IMG/VR virus record: IMGVR_UViG_3300037255_000025 | Span: 1-64,000 of that record | From: a virus | Taxonomy: Duplodnaviria > Caudoviricetes | Strand: one strand, 5' to 3' | Length of the DNA: 64,000 bases | In this document: in pieces, positions 44,640 through 54,179 of the stretch | How positions within the stretch are numbered: position 1 is the first letter of the stretch | Layout of the letters: each line of letters starts with the position of its first letter | Made by a program: the position numbers and the translations under genes | Notes under the pieces: model-generated | The model's database searches: none | Told to the model about the DNA's origin: nothing | The model's input: the letters and a program-made list of their open reading frames with translations, nothing else

Positions 44640-45194
44640 GTGCCCATCAACCGCCTCCTAATTCTGGACGTCGAGACCGCAGGCGTCACGCCACAGAGCG
44701 CCTGCATCGAAGTTGCGGTGTCGGTGTTCGACGTGCCCCACGCGTCCGTCGTCCGATCGTTCTCGTCGCTCATCCGCGGCGACCGCAACCAAGCCTTCCA
44801 CGTCAACCAGATCCACGAGCGCCTCCTGCAAGACGCGCCGCTGCCCGACGCGGTCTGGTCTGCGGTCGCGCGCTCAGTTGAACGGTGCGAGGCGATCGTG
44901 AGCCACAACGCTAACTTTGACCGCCGTTACGTCCCGACTGAGGTCGTCGCGGGGCGCCCGTGGTTCTGTAGCTGCTACGACTTCGCCTGGCCCGCAGCGC
45001 TCAAGGCGGGCTCAAGCCTCAGCGCGCTCGCCCGAGACCACAGCGTCCCGCTTGGCGGGGTCCACCGGGCCGCGGCCGACGTCGACACGCTTGCGCGCCT
45101 CTTCGCGCACGTCGACCGCGTTTCCAACCTCACGCAGCTCATCGACCGCGCACTCGCGAAGGCTGCGGGCCGGTCTAAAAGGCCTGCCCCGTAG
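44640..45194 (+). CDS. DEDDh 3'-5' exonuclease (DnaQ-like)
   Basis: LDVET, SHNANFD, HRAAADV. Confidence 0.9.
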   Translation: MPINRLLILDVETAGVTPQSACIEVAVSVFDVPHASVVRSFSSLIRGDRNQAFHVNQIHERLLQDAPLPDAVWSAVARSVERCEAIVSHNANFDRRYVPTEVVAGRPWFCSCYDFAWPAALKAGSSLSALARDHSVPLGGVHRAAADVDTLARLFAHVDRVSNLTQLIDRALAKAAGRSKRPAP

Positions 45195-46968
45195 TCGGAT
45201 TCAAAAGCTGGATCGCGCCGATCTGTGGGAACTGATACGCCGCCAGCGCGACGTCGGTCCGCGCGCCGTTGAGCAAGAACCCGCTGGGCCCCGGGTCTAG
45301 CTTCAGTACCCCCGTGACGCTGCCGACGAGGTCGAACAGAACGGACCAACTGAAGACCCCCGTGGGGTTGCCGTTTTGGTCCAAGGTCTTGGCCCCGAAG
45401 TCGATCATGGGGTTCAGCGACCCGTCTGGCAGGCTCGGCGCGAAGAACGCCGTCAGGGCCGCGCGGATCGCCGCGCCGACGACCAGCGGCGCGGCCCCCT
45501 TGGCGAGATACACGAGCGCCGAGACGTTGATCGTCAGGTAGTCCACACCGAGCCAGCGGATCGGGAACGCGTTGGGTTTCGGGTAGGCCGGCGCCGGGTA
45601 GCCCACGACGGGCGTCGACTGCGCCAAGACCTGCTGGAGCAACAGCGGCGTCGGCTGCCCCCCGCCGGTCGGTACGATGAAGCCGCAACCGGAGTTCCAT
45701 GGGACCAACGGACTCTCGGTCGCGGTCAGGAACAAGGACCGCAGGACCCCCGGCGTCAGGTTCGCGACGGTCTCGTAGTCGCTGTTGGCGACGCAGCGGT
45801 TCGCGACCGTAAGCGACGCCGGGGCAAGCTGCTGGATCTGCGCGACGCTGTAGCGGTCGGCGCCCGGGGTCGAGGCCTCGTTCGTGACCGTGAGCGAGAC
45901 GGGATTGTTGTCCCCGTCGACAGGCGACGAGGGCCCGACCGTCAGGGCCCCGGCGGCGACCGCGCCCGCCGTGCCGCCGCCGGTCTTGTACGCGGCCGTG
46001 ATGGTGCCGCTGGGGATCGCGCCCGTGACACCGTTACCGAACGTGACGAGGCACCGGTCGAGGTTGTCCACCGTGGTGGTGAAGACGTGGTCCGTGGGCA
46101 ACGCCGACAGGAAGTTCGGCACCTCGTACCAACCTCCGGGGTTCTCCACGGCGTCGTACGGACCCGTCACGGCGTCGGTCACCAGAAGCGACGCGTCCAA
46201 GTAGGGCGTCTGGGTCAGGAGGAACTGCTGGTTCGCTGCACCCGAGCTGGTGAAGGTGTCCTGCTTGACCGCGCTGTTCTCGACCGTGCCGGAGCCGATG
46301 GCCCAGATGGCGCCTCCGGTCGCGAGCGTGCCGGCGCCGCCGGTGCACTCGTTGAACGAGGGCGTACCGCCGCCCGTGACGCTCGTGTACGAGACGACCT
46401 GCTTGCCCACGGAGGACGTGACGTTGATCTGGCCTGACGCGGCGTAGCCTTCGGTCGTGGCGGCGTAGATGACGCCCGCGGGCAACGCGACGCCGTTCGA
46501 CCCCGTCGCGATGGTCGTACCCGCGGGCAGCACGATGGTCTCGAGGAGCTGGTAGACGATGGGGGTCGGAGACGACGACGTCGAGACCGAGATGCCCGAT
46601 GTTCCCTCCACGAAGTCCGCGCCCAAGAACGTGACGGGCGCCGCCGGGGACGCCGCGAGCGCGAACGTTTCGACCGCCTGAGCCGCGACCGCGCCGGGCA
46701 CGCGGAACCCGATGAGCTTGACCAAACCGAGCAGGCCGCGCCGCTGGGTCGCGGTCGTGATCCGGGCCTCGCGACCGATGAGCCGCAGGTAGTACGCCAG
46801 GATGTCCGAGACCCACGCGTTGCTCTCGAGCAGCAGCGTCGCCATCTCGGCAAGGCTGTCGAGTTCCAGGTTGGGGAAGACGCTCTGGCAGAGCTGGATG
46901 AGCCGCGTCCGGATCGACTGGAATTCCAGTTCGGTGTAGCTTGGCGAGGGGCTCTGTAGAAAGCTCAC
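45175..46968 (-). CDS. Baseplate J/gp47-like wedge protein (inverted orientation)
   Basis: YTELEFQSI...LLE..AWVSDIL.YY...EA.I.TA..R..L..L..LIGF; FGNG..G.IP; RCV..SDYE. Confidence 0.9.
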   Translation of the reverse strand: MSFLQSPSPSYTELEFQSIRTRLIQLCQSVFPNLELDSLAEMATLLLESNAWVSDILAYYLRLIGREARITTATQRRGLLGLVKLIGFRVPGAVAAQAVETFALAASPAAPVTFLGADFVEGTSGISVSTSSSPTPIVYQLLETIVLPAGTTIATGSNGVALPAGVIYAATTEGYAASGQINVTSSVGKQVVSYTSVTGGGTPSFNECTGGAGTLATGGAIWAIGSGTVENSAVKQDTFTSSGAANQQFLLTQTPYLDASLLVTDAVTGPYDAVENPGGWYEVPNFLSALPTDHVFTTTVDNLDRCLVTFGNGVTGAIPSGTITAAYKTGGGTAGAVAAGALTVGPSSPVDGDNNPVSLTVTNEASTPGADRYSVAQIQQLAPASLTVANRCVANSDYETVANLTPGVLRSLFLTATESPLVPWNSGCGFIVPTGGGQPTPLLLQQVLAQSTPVVGYPAPAYPKPNAFPIRWLGVDYLTINVSALVYLAKGAAPLVVGAAIRAALTAFFAPSLPDGSLNPMIDFGAKTLDQNGNPTGVFSWSVLFDLVGSVTGVLKLDPGPSGFLLNGARTDVALAAYQFPQIGAIQLLNPTTGQAF

Positions 46969-46974
46969 GTGGGC

Positions 46975-47020
46975 AGCCTACCTGCTCCTCGCCCGCGCGT
47001 CGCGCTCACCGTGATAGGCT
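46975..47020. promoter_or_regulatory. Back-to-back TAGGCT -10 boxes for baseplate J (-) and the 47037 gene (+)
   Basis: AGCCTA at 46975-46980 (6 nt before GTG) and TGA-TAGGCT at 47015-47020. Confidence 0.55.
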
Positions 47021-47036
47021 GGCGCCTCCACCGCCC

Positions 47037-49490
47037 ATGGCCGCGCCCACAAATCTGAATTTCAGCACCCCTGGCGCCGCGCCGGGAACAGCGGCCGGCT
47101 GGCAGGCGAACATCTCCAACGGCGGTGTCGTCCTAGCCGACTTCCGCGGGACGCTCCCCGGCCCGACCGGCTTCGAGGACTTCAGCCATGACTGGGGCAA
47201 CGGCGAGGGGATTTTCCCCCCGTGGGTCGGCGGCGAGGTCTACCCGGCGGCGTTCTTCGCCACGTCGAGCGGCAACCTGTACCAGTCGCTCAACGCCGGA
47301 ACGTCCTCGGCGGTGAATACTGGGCCGAGCGGGACCGGCACGTTCGTCGACAACCCCGGGCTGTACCAGGTCGCCTGGCTCTACGTCGGACCCGTCGCGG
47401 TGCCGCCATTCGTTCCGGACAACCAAGACTGGTCTGGAACGATCCTGCTTCCTTCGCCCGCGCTCTTCGACGCGACCCCGGTCGTCTACGACGGCAGCAC
47501 CTACGCGGGCCGCCCAGGCGGCCAGCCCATCGAGGACTTCAGCTTCAACTGGTTGAACGACGCAAGCCTCGGCGGGACCACGCCCCTGCGTATCTACTGG
47601 TACCAACTTGACCTCGCCGAGGGAGCAAGTTTCTGCGCCGCGACGCCCCCGGAGGTCTTGCCCGCCTGGACCCCCTCGACGGTCTACGCGAAGGGTCAGG
47701 AGGTCTTGGCCAACGGCGGCGTATGGCTCGTCGTCCTGACGGCTGGCACCGGAACCTCTGCCGCGCTCGGCATCGGGCCCATCCGGGTCTCGGGTCCGAC
47801 CTACCTCGACAACCGCGGCACGAACCAGATCACGTGGCTCTATCTGTCGGCGACTGCGAACCCGCCGGCCAACCCCGTCGAGGACTTCGCCCACGGCTGG
47901 CTTGGCGCTGAGGGCGAGTTCCCACCGTGGTCGCCCGAGACCGCATACCTCGCGGGCGACTTCGCCGTGTCGAACGGCAACGTCTACCAGGCACTCAACG
48001 CCGGCACGTCCGCCCCGCTCGGCCCGGGCCCCGTCGGCACTAGCGCGTTCATCGACAACCCCGGGACGGACCAGATCGTTTGGGGCTACGTCGAGGCGAA
48101 TCCGACGGGTGCGACCCCGATCGACGTCAGCTCGGTCGCCAACGCCGACCCAGTTATCCTGACGCTCGTCGCCGACCACGGCGTCCAGACCGGCCAGCCA
48201 TTCGAGGTCTTCGTGACCGGCGTGACCGGCTGCACGGCCGCCAACGGCCTGTGGTCGGGCAACCTCGCCGCGACCGCGACGAGCCCGACCGCGCTGTCGC
48301 TCCCGACGCAGGGCAACGCCGCGGGTTCAGGCGGGAGCGCGCTGCTCCAGACGACGTTCGAGACCCTGTACCGGCCGCCCTCGTGGGAGACCGTGACGCC
48401 TTACGCAGCCGCCGCGGCGGTCCTGTCACGCGGCTACTGGTACCAGGCGAACGCTGCAGGCCTCTCCGGCTTCAGCAACACGGGCCCCATCGGACCGGTG
48501 TTCATCGACACGCCGCCGCCGCCTTGGGCCCCCCGGAGGAACTACGTGTTGGGATCGACCGTGACCTCGAGCGGCAACTGGTACATCGCGTCAGGGATCT
48601 CGGGCTCGGGCCTCTCGGGCCTCATCGCGCCCGTGGGCAGTGGAACGTTCGTCGATGGACAGGTCACATGGGCTTTTGAGACCGCAGCACCAACGACGCC
48701 ACCGATCGTCTGGACACGACTACGCGCGGCCCCGGTCGGGCCGTTGTACGGGGCTCGCGTGGCCGTCTTCGGCACGGACCCGGCCGAATACTTCGAGTTC
48801 GGATGGGGCGTTGTTCCGTACTACACGGGCCTGGAAAACCCCGCCATCGCGACATTTTACGGGTACGAGTCGGGCATTTCCCCGTCTCCCGCGCTCGTGG
48901 GAAACAGCGCGCTCACGACCGAAACGTTCACGCCGCTTCTCCAGACGCCCACCATGATTGCGCTCGTCGACATTGGCGCCAACTTGATCTCACTCGCGCC
49001 CGGGAAGCACCTCCCGGACGGCGCGCACGTGACGTTCGCCGCGACGCCGCCGTACTCAGCCTACAGCGTCACGTATCCCCTGCCGATCGTACCCGCGGCC
49101 TCCTACGTCGTGTGGAACGCCGCGCCCGCGCTCGGTCTCGACCGTCTCAACGTCGGCGACGACAGTGCCGCGACCTCGACGGCAGTCTCCTCGACCGAGG
49201 GCGGTTTCTTTGGCTCCACGGTGGTGGTAACCACCACACCCCACGGGCTGTCGGACGGCTGCACGGTCTTCATCGCCAACAACCAACCGTTCGCTGGCGT
49301 GAACGGCTTCTGGACCGCCACCGTTTTGGACGCGACGCACTTCACCGTGCCGGTCTCAAGCTCATCCGACACCATGAGCACGTCAGGCTTCGTAACCGGG
49401 CCGATCACGCCTGTCGTGCTCCAGACGACCGGCGCGGGTCAGCTCACGCTCGTTGGCGACCCCGGTTGGGACTGGCCCGCGCCAGGCTAG
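47037..49490 (+). CDS. Tail/baseplate-associated protein with five CBM5/12-like repeats and FCCH-like beta domains
   Basis: Repeated P.W....Y.....G..(Y/W)...G.S; EDF...W spacers; HG...G...NG.W domains. Confidence 0.7.
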   Translation: MAAPTNLNFSTPGAAPGTAAGWQANISNGGVVLADFRGTLPGPTGFEDFSHDWGNGEGIFPPWVGGEVYPAAFFATSSGNLYQSLNAGTSSAVNTGPSGTGTFVDNPGLYQVAWLYVGPVAVPPFVPDNQDWSGTILLPSPALFDATPVVYDGSTYAGRPGGQPIEDFSFNWLNDASLGGTTPLRIYWYQLDLAEGASFCAATPPEVLPAWTPSTVYAKGQEVLANGGVWLVVLTAGTGTSAALGIGPIRVSGPTYLDNRGTNQITWLYLSATANPPANPVEDFAHGWLGAEGEFPPWSPETAYLAGDFAVSNGNVYQALNAGTSAPLGPGPVGTSAFIDNPGTDQIVWGYVEANPTGATPIDVSSVANADPVILTLVADHGVQTGQPFEVFVTGVTGCTAANGLWSGNLAATATSPTALSLPTQGNAAGSGGSALLQTTFETLYRPPSWETVTPYAAAAAVLSRGYWYQANAAGLSGFSNTGPIGPVFIDTPPPPWAPRRNYVLGSTVTSSGNWYIASGISGSGLSGLIAPVGSGTFVDGQVTWAFETAAPTTPPIVWTRLRAAPVGPLYGARVAVFGTDPAEYFEFGWGVVPYYTGLENPAIATFYGYESGISPSPALVGNSALTTETFTPLLQTPTMIALVDIGANLISLAPGKHLPDGAHVTFAATPPYSAYSVTYPLPIVPAASYVVWNAAPALGLDRLNVGDDSAATSTAVSSTEGGFFGSTVVVTTTPHGLSDGCTVFIANNQPFAGVNGFWTATVLDATHFTVPVSSSSDTMSTSGFVTGPITPVVLQTTGAGQLTLVGDPGWDWPAPG

Positions 49491-49522
49491 TCTGCTGTAG
49501 CTGCGTACTCGTAGCGCATGTT

Positions 49523-50038
49523 TCACCCCCCTTGGCCAAACAACTTGGCCTCGTTCTCAAGCATTGCAGCCGCTACTACCCACCGCGGGAGTGCCGCCAG
49601 GGTCGCGTCGTACGCCGCCGCCGCGCGTTCCAATCGGCCAGCCATGACCGCGTGGTAGGCGTAGCTCGCGTCGTAGACGCCATGCGTTCTGTGCTCGGCT
49701 ACGGCGCGCCGGGCGCTTGCGGCGTTTTCAAGCGCAACCAAGGCGCGGCGGCCTGCCGCGTTGTCGTCGAACTCGAACACGTGCGCGTGACGATCTGCGG
49801 CGATGCGCGCCCGGTACAGCGCCGCGCGTGTCTTGTTCCACGGGACCGACACCAACTCCGGCAAGAGCCCAAGCACCGCCGCCGCTCGCAGGCGGTGCGT
49901 ACCCTCGCGTGCGTGCCAGACCCCTACCTCCGCATCGTAGAAGGCTCGGATCTTCGGGGCGCCCCGACGGCGCATCTCGACGACGACGTGGTCGAGGTGG
50001 TCCTGCCGGAAGTAGCCGTGCAGCGGGTTGACGACCAT
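49523..50038 (-). CDS. ParB/Srx-like N-terminal domain protein
   Basis: EGTHRLRAA motif; variant of the conserved promoter motif upstream. Confidence 0.55.
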   Translation of the reverse strand: MVVNPLHGYFRQDHLDHVVVEMRRRGAPKIRAFYDAEVGVWHAREGTHRLRAAAVLGLLPELVSVPWNKTRAALYRARIAADRHAHVFEFDDNAAGRRALVALENAASARRAVAEHRTHGVYDASYAYHAVMAGRLERAAAAYDATLAALPRWVVAAAMLENEAKLFGQGG

Positions 50039-50045
50039 CGCGAGT

Positions 50046-50070
50046 ACCTTCCCCCGCCGCCGGTGCGTTC
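50046..50070 (-). promoter_or_regulatory. Variant of the conserved ECF-like promoter motif
   Basis: GAAC-N15-GAAGGT-N7-ATG. Confidence 0.55.
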
Positions 50071-50148
50071 GCCGCTAGGTCTCGCGCCCCCAATCGCGTA
50101 GACTCCCCACATGGTCGCTGTCGTTACCACCAAGGGTTTGGTCTGAAC

Positions 50149-50895
50149 ATGGGCGCGACCGATTGGTCCGAGCTGTCCGACAACGCCCTACAGGCGAACG
50201 TCCCGCACGGCGTCATCAACGCGGCGGCGATCGGCGGAAGTCCGCCGGGCAGCGGCAGTTCGTTCGTCTACGCCATGAACAGCGCGATCAACAGCGCCGC
50301 CGTCGTCGCGAGCTACACGACCGTCTCGGGATTCAGCCCCGTGGCCAAGGGCGCTTCAATCTCGGGGGCGATCCAGCGCTGCGTCAGCGGCGGACCCTCG
50401 GGCTGGAGCGTCTGGCTTTTCGCCGCGCTCCAAGGCGGCAGCTCACTCTTCAGCGCGTACGCGCTCGGCCTCGCCGACGGGGGCACCGGGGCCCACATCG
50501 TGCTCCAGCGCGCACCTCTGTCGTTCGGCATGGCCGACAACGCCCCCGGTACGGCCAACTCCGGCACGCTCGCACGCGGCACCGCGACCTACCCGCCCGG
50601 CACCTGGGTCCAGCTCATGCTCGAGGTCGTGTGCAACACCAACGGGGACGTGGTGTTGAACTGCTACCAGAACGACCTCACGGTCGTGGACGCCAGCGTC
50701 CAGACGCCCACGTGGGCCCCGGTCCCCGGGATCTCGCAGTTCATCGACGACGCCGTGGGGGCGAACGTCAGCAACCTGCTGGCGCAGAACCCCCAGTCGC
50801 CGCTCGCACCGGGCTTTGTGGGCTGGGGGATGCAAAGTTCCCAGGCCGCGCGCCGCGCGGCCATTTCGACCGTACAGATCGCCGCGCAGTTGTAG
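50149..50895 (+). CDS. Beta-sandwich virion protein
   Basis: Gly/Ser-rich beta protein in the fibre module. Confidence 0.6.
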   Translation: MGATDWSELSDNALQANVPHGVINAAAIGGSPPGSGSSFVYAMNSAINSAAVVASYTTVSGFSPVAKGASISGAIQRCVSGGPSGWSVWLFAALQGGSSLFSAYALGLADGGTGAHIVLQRAPLSFGMADNAPGTANSGTLARGTATYPPGTWVQLMLEVVCNTNGDVVLNCYQNDLTVVDASVQTPTWAPVPGISQFIDDAVGANVSNLLAQNPQSPLAPGFVGWGMQSSQAARRAAISTVQIAAQL

Positions 50896-50933
50896 CGCTC
50901 GCCCGCTCACCCCAGACCGTGTAACCTGCTGTC

Positions 50934-53213
50934 GTGGCAGCTCGGATCCAGGTCAACGGCGGCGCGGTCGGCGTAGGATCGCTCGCGTGCCCCCACGCGG
51001 AGCCTGTGGCGCTCACGGACGCGGGCGGCGGAACCCCGACGTCGCGCCAATGGGTCGTCACGTACTGGCCCGCGCCACTTCTGACGCCCCCGACGCTCTC
51101 GACGCCCACGACCAGTTCGTCCGGGTTCAGCGGGCTCCCGGGCACCTACGTGATCCAGCTTACCCGGGTGGAGTCGACGGGCGCCACCACGACCCAGTCG
51201 GTCCTGGTTGGAATCGAAGACGTCAACGGAAACGTTCTGCCGAGTCCTGGCGTACCCGACGCGCTCTACGGCCTCTTGGGCAACAGCCCTGCGTTCGCCT
51301 CCCACGGGGCTTACGTCACCGGCGAGTCGCTCGTGACGAACGACAACCCCACGCGGGTCTACGGGTGCGTCTCAGGCGGGACCGACGCCGGCTCTTCCGG
51401 CCCCACCGGAACCGGGTCGACCATCGTCGTCGGTGGCTTGACCTGGCAGTACCTCGGCACGGCCTCCCAACAAGTCGCCGCGGCCGCGACGGCAGGATGG
51501 AGCGGCAGCGCGTTCGGCGGCACGCCGAACCTGATGGACGCCGCCCTGCGCGACCTTACAACGCTCGCGCCCGGGACCGCTATCCCGGACTCGAATGAAG
51601 GGCAGATCGGCTACATTTTGGCTGTTGCGTCCCCCGGGGTCGCGGCGTGGGAGGTGCTACCGCCAGGCTTCAACGCGGGAGCCGATCTAGGCGGTACCTC
51701 CGCGGACCAGACGGTCGTGGCCATCCAAGGTCTCCCGACGGTGGGAAGCGCAGAAGCCGTTAGCGGCAACGTTGCCCAAGTCTTGCCGTCCGCCTTGTGG
51801 GTTGAACCCACGGGAATTTCTTGGGACGGAACGCACCTGTGGGTGCTCGACGGCGAGGTCAACACCGCTACGGGCCACGTTAGCGTTTACGAAACGGACG
51901 GCGCGACATTCGTCACCCCATATGGGCTCGACCCTAGCGTGACGCTGGGGCTGAGGATCCTCTATAGCTCGGCCGCGGGGTACAACCTCGTGGGCGTCCA
52001 AAACAACACCTCCAACACGTACTACCTGTACGTCGTCAACACGTCCGGGGCGGTTATCGGCATCGGCTCCTTTCCAGGACTCAGCTCCAGCGGGTGCACG
52101 GGGCTCGCGTTCGACTCGTCGGGGAACGTTTGGACGGCGGACGCGACCTACGGGCTCCAATGCTTCAACATCGCCTCCATGGTGTCGCGCGGCCTGGGCA
52201 CGCCCACGCCACCGACTCAAACCTTGGCGTTCTCGGGGTGCGCCGACGTTTGCTTCGACGGGACGTACTTGTACGCGTGCGCGGGGACGACCCTCAAAAA
52301 GGTCAACGCCTCTACCGCGACGGTGCTGGCAACCGCAACGGCGTCCACCGCCATCGCGGCGCTCTTTTACCACGCCAGCACGGGGCCTAGCTTCTACGCC
52401 AGCGCCGCCAACGCGACCGCGCTTTTCAAGGTCACCTCCGCACTCGCGATCACCACCGTCACGTCGAGCGGTAGCGGTTCCTCGGGGTTCGGCCGTCTGA
52501 ACACAGACGGGGGCGGGACGTACGTGTACGTGGCGCGCTCGCCCGGCGTAGACGTGTTCAACATCACGACGCCGGCTTGGTATGCCCAGTACGCGACCCT
52601 TGCCCCGTTCAGCAGCGCTAGCGTGGTCAATGGCCTTGTTAGCGACGGGTCGTCCGTTTGGTGCTGCGTTGCCGGGTCTTCGGGCGTTTCGTCTGGCCTA
52701 CAGCAGTTCACCTCTGCTGGACCGTCGTCGCTGTACGTCGGGCCGCTGTCGCTCGCCTACGCCGCCGGGACCCCCTCGACGGGACTCGTGCTCGGCTACA
52801 ACGGCACCGCTTGGGTAGCGACTACCCCGTCCCCCGCGACAGTCTCCCTGGTGTCTGAGACGGTGTCGACGACGTCAACCTCCGCCGTTACAGTGGGCTC
52901 TCGTGGTTTCGACCCGAGCGCTTACGCAAGCGTGGGCAGGACGATCAAGCTGTGGGCCGTCGCCCAGGTCGCTTCCGCAAGCGACACCCTTACGATTTCG
53001 CTCGTAGACGCGAGCGACACAACGACGATCGCCACGCTCACAACGACGTCCACTGTAGCTGTGGAGCTTTCTACGACTCTCACGGTATCGAGCGCGGGGA
53101 GTGGTACCCTCGCGAACAGCAGAAAACTCTACTACGCCACGATTCAGCGCACCGGGGGCGTCTCGAGTGACGGCGTCACGATTCACTCCTGCTCACTCGA
53201 GGTTACGTACTAG
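50934..53213 (+). CDS. Tail fibre / receptor-binding protein with beta-propeller-like region
   Basis: PTGISWDGTHLWV, GLAFDSSGNVW, VCFDGTYLY blades; CBM-like insert near the N-terminus. Confidence 0.65.
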   Translation: MAARIQVNGGAVGVGSLACPHAEPVALTDAGGGTPTSRQWVVTYWPAPLLTPPTLSTPTTSSSGFSGLPGTYVIQLTRVESTGATTTQSVLVGIEDVNGNVLPSPGVPDALYGLLGNSPAFASHGAYVTGESLVTNDNPTRVYGCVSGGTDAGSSGPTGTGSTIVVGGLTWQYLGTASQQVAAAATAGWSGSAFGGTPNLMDAALRDLTTLAPGTAIPDSNEGQIGYILAVASPGVAAWEVLPPGFNAGADLGGTSADQTVVAIQGLPTVGSAEAVSGNVAQVLPSALWVEPTGISWDGTHLWVLDGEVNTATGHVSVYETDGATFVTPYGLDPSVTLGLRILYSSAAGYNLVGVQNNTSNTYYLYVVNTSGAVIGIGSFPGLSSSGCTGLAFDSSGNVWTADATYGLQCFNIASMVSRGLGTPTPPTQTLAFSGCADVCFDGTYLYACAGTTLKKVNASTATVLATATASTAIAALFYHASTGPSFYASAANATALFKVTSALAITTVTSSGSGSSGFGRLNTDGGGTYVYVARSPGVDVFNITTPAWYAQYATLAPFSSASVVNGLVSDGSSVWCCVAGSSGVSSGLQQFTSAGPSSLYVGPLSLAYAAGTPSTGLVLGYNGTAWVATTPSPATVSLVSETVSTTSTSAVTVGSRGFDPSAYASVGRTIKLWAVAQVASASDTLTISLVDASDTTTIATLTTTSTVAVELSTTLTVSSAGSGTLANSRKLYYATIQRTGGVSSDGVTIHSCSLEVTY

Positions 53214-53215
53214 CC

Positions 53216-54169
53216 ATGGCCGACTACCCCTCCCTCGTAAAGACCTGGCTCGCTCCGACGGCGGGCCCCAACCTCGCGCTGCCCACGACGGGCACGCAGC
53301 TTGGAGACGCCAAGGCACTTCTTTGGGCGATCTACCAAATGTTCATCGGGTTCGCGACGAACCCGATGACGTTGGTCAGCTCCAACGCGTTCGGGTCGTC
53401 CTCAGCGCTCACGTGGGCTGCGAGCGGCACCGCACACTCGTGGATCGTGCTGAAGCAGGCCGGCTCCAACGCGCAGCTTTTGATCGCGTGCAGCAACGCA
53501 TCGTCAACCAACCTCAACGTCTCCGTCTCGCCGAGCGTCGGATTCGCGGGCGGTACAACGCTACTCGACCCGACCGCGAGCGATAGCTTCGCGCTGCTGA
53601 CCAACGCAAGCTGGGGCGCGAACGCCGCCACGGCGACCTACAAGCTCCAGGGCATTCAGGCTAGCGACGGGACGATTACCCGCATCATGATTTGCCAGCA
53701 TGAGACCGGCGTTGGTGGTGTTGTTAGCGGCTACGTCACTCTTGAGGTACCCGCAAACCCGGTGAGCGGTTGGAGCAACCCCGTGGTCGGCGTCTGGCTC
53801 GGGTCCAGCAGCGCGACCCAGGTCTTGACCGCTAGTTCACTGCGTAACGCCGCAGCATTCCAAGGCCGCGGTGTCTCGACGATGTCGCTGTACTGCACCA
53901 GCGAGTACACGTCGAACAACTACGTCGAATCCCTTTTCTTCGCGCCAAACGACTTGTCGCAGGAGTGGCCCGCGCCTCCCATCGGCTTGTTCTCCCTTAC
54001 GACGAGCAACCGCGGGCGCCACGGGTCGTTTTATGACGCCTGGTGGACCCCCGGCGTGTTCGTGGCTGTGGGCGGCGTCGGGTTCAGCAACGCCTCCGCG
54101 TGGGGGTACGCGCCATTCGGGTGCCTGATGCTGCCGTGGCCGTCGGGCGTTCCCGTACAGTACAGTTAG
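53216..54169 (+). CDS. Virion protein, paralogue of 54180-55505
   Basis: Shared TAHSWIVL.QAG, VSPS.GFAGG, DPTA.DS, NPVSGW.NP, APNDLS, PIGLF. Confidence 0.65.
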   Translation: MADYPSLVKTWLAPTAGPNLALPTTGTQLGDAKALLWAIYQMFIGFATNPMTLVSSNAFGSSSALTWAASGTAHSWIVLKQAGSNAQLLIACSNASSTNLNVSVSPSVGFAGGTTLLDPTASDSFALLTNASWGANAATATYKLQGIQASDGTITRIMICQHETGVGGVVSGYVTLEVPANPVSGWSNPVVGVWLGSSSATQVLTASSLRNAAAFQGRGVSTMSLYCTSEYTSNNYVESLFFAPNDLSQEWPAPPIGLFSLTTSNRGRHGSFYDAWWTPGVFVAVGGVGFSNASAWGYAPFGCLMLPWPSGVPVQYS

Positions 54170-54179
54170 GGGTACTACC

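Noticed and set aside
45175-46980. Invertible shufflon around baseplate J
   Set aside because: No flanking inverted repeats or site-specific recombinase seen.
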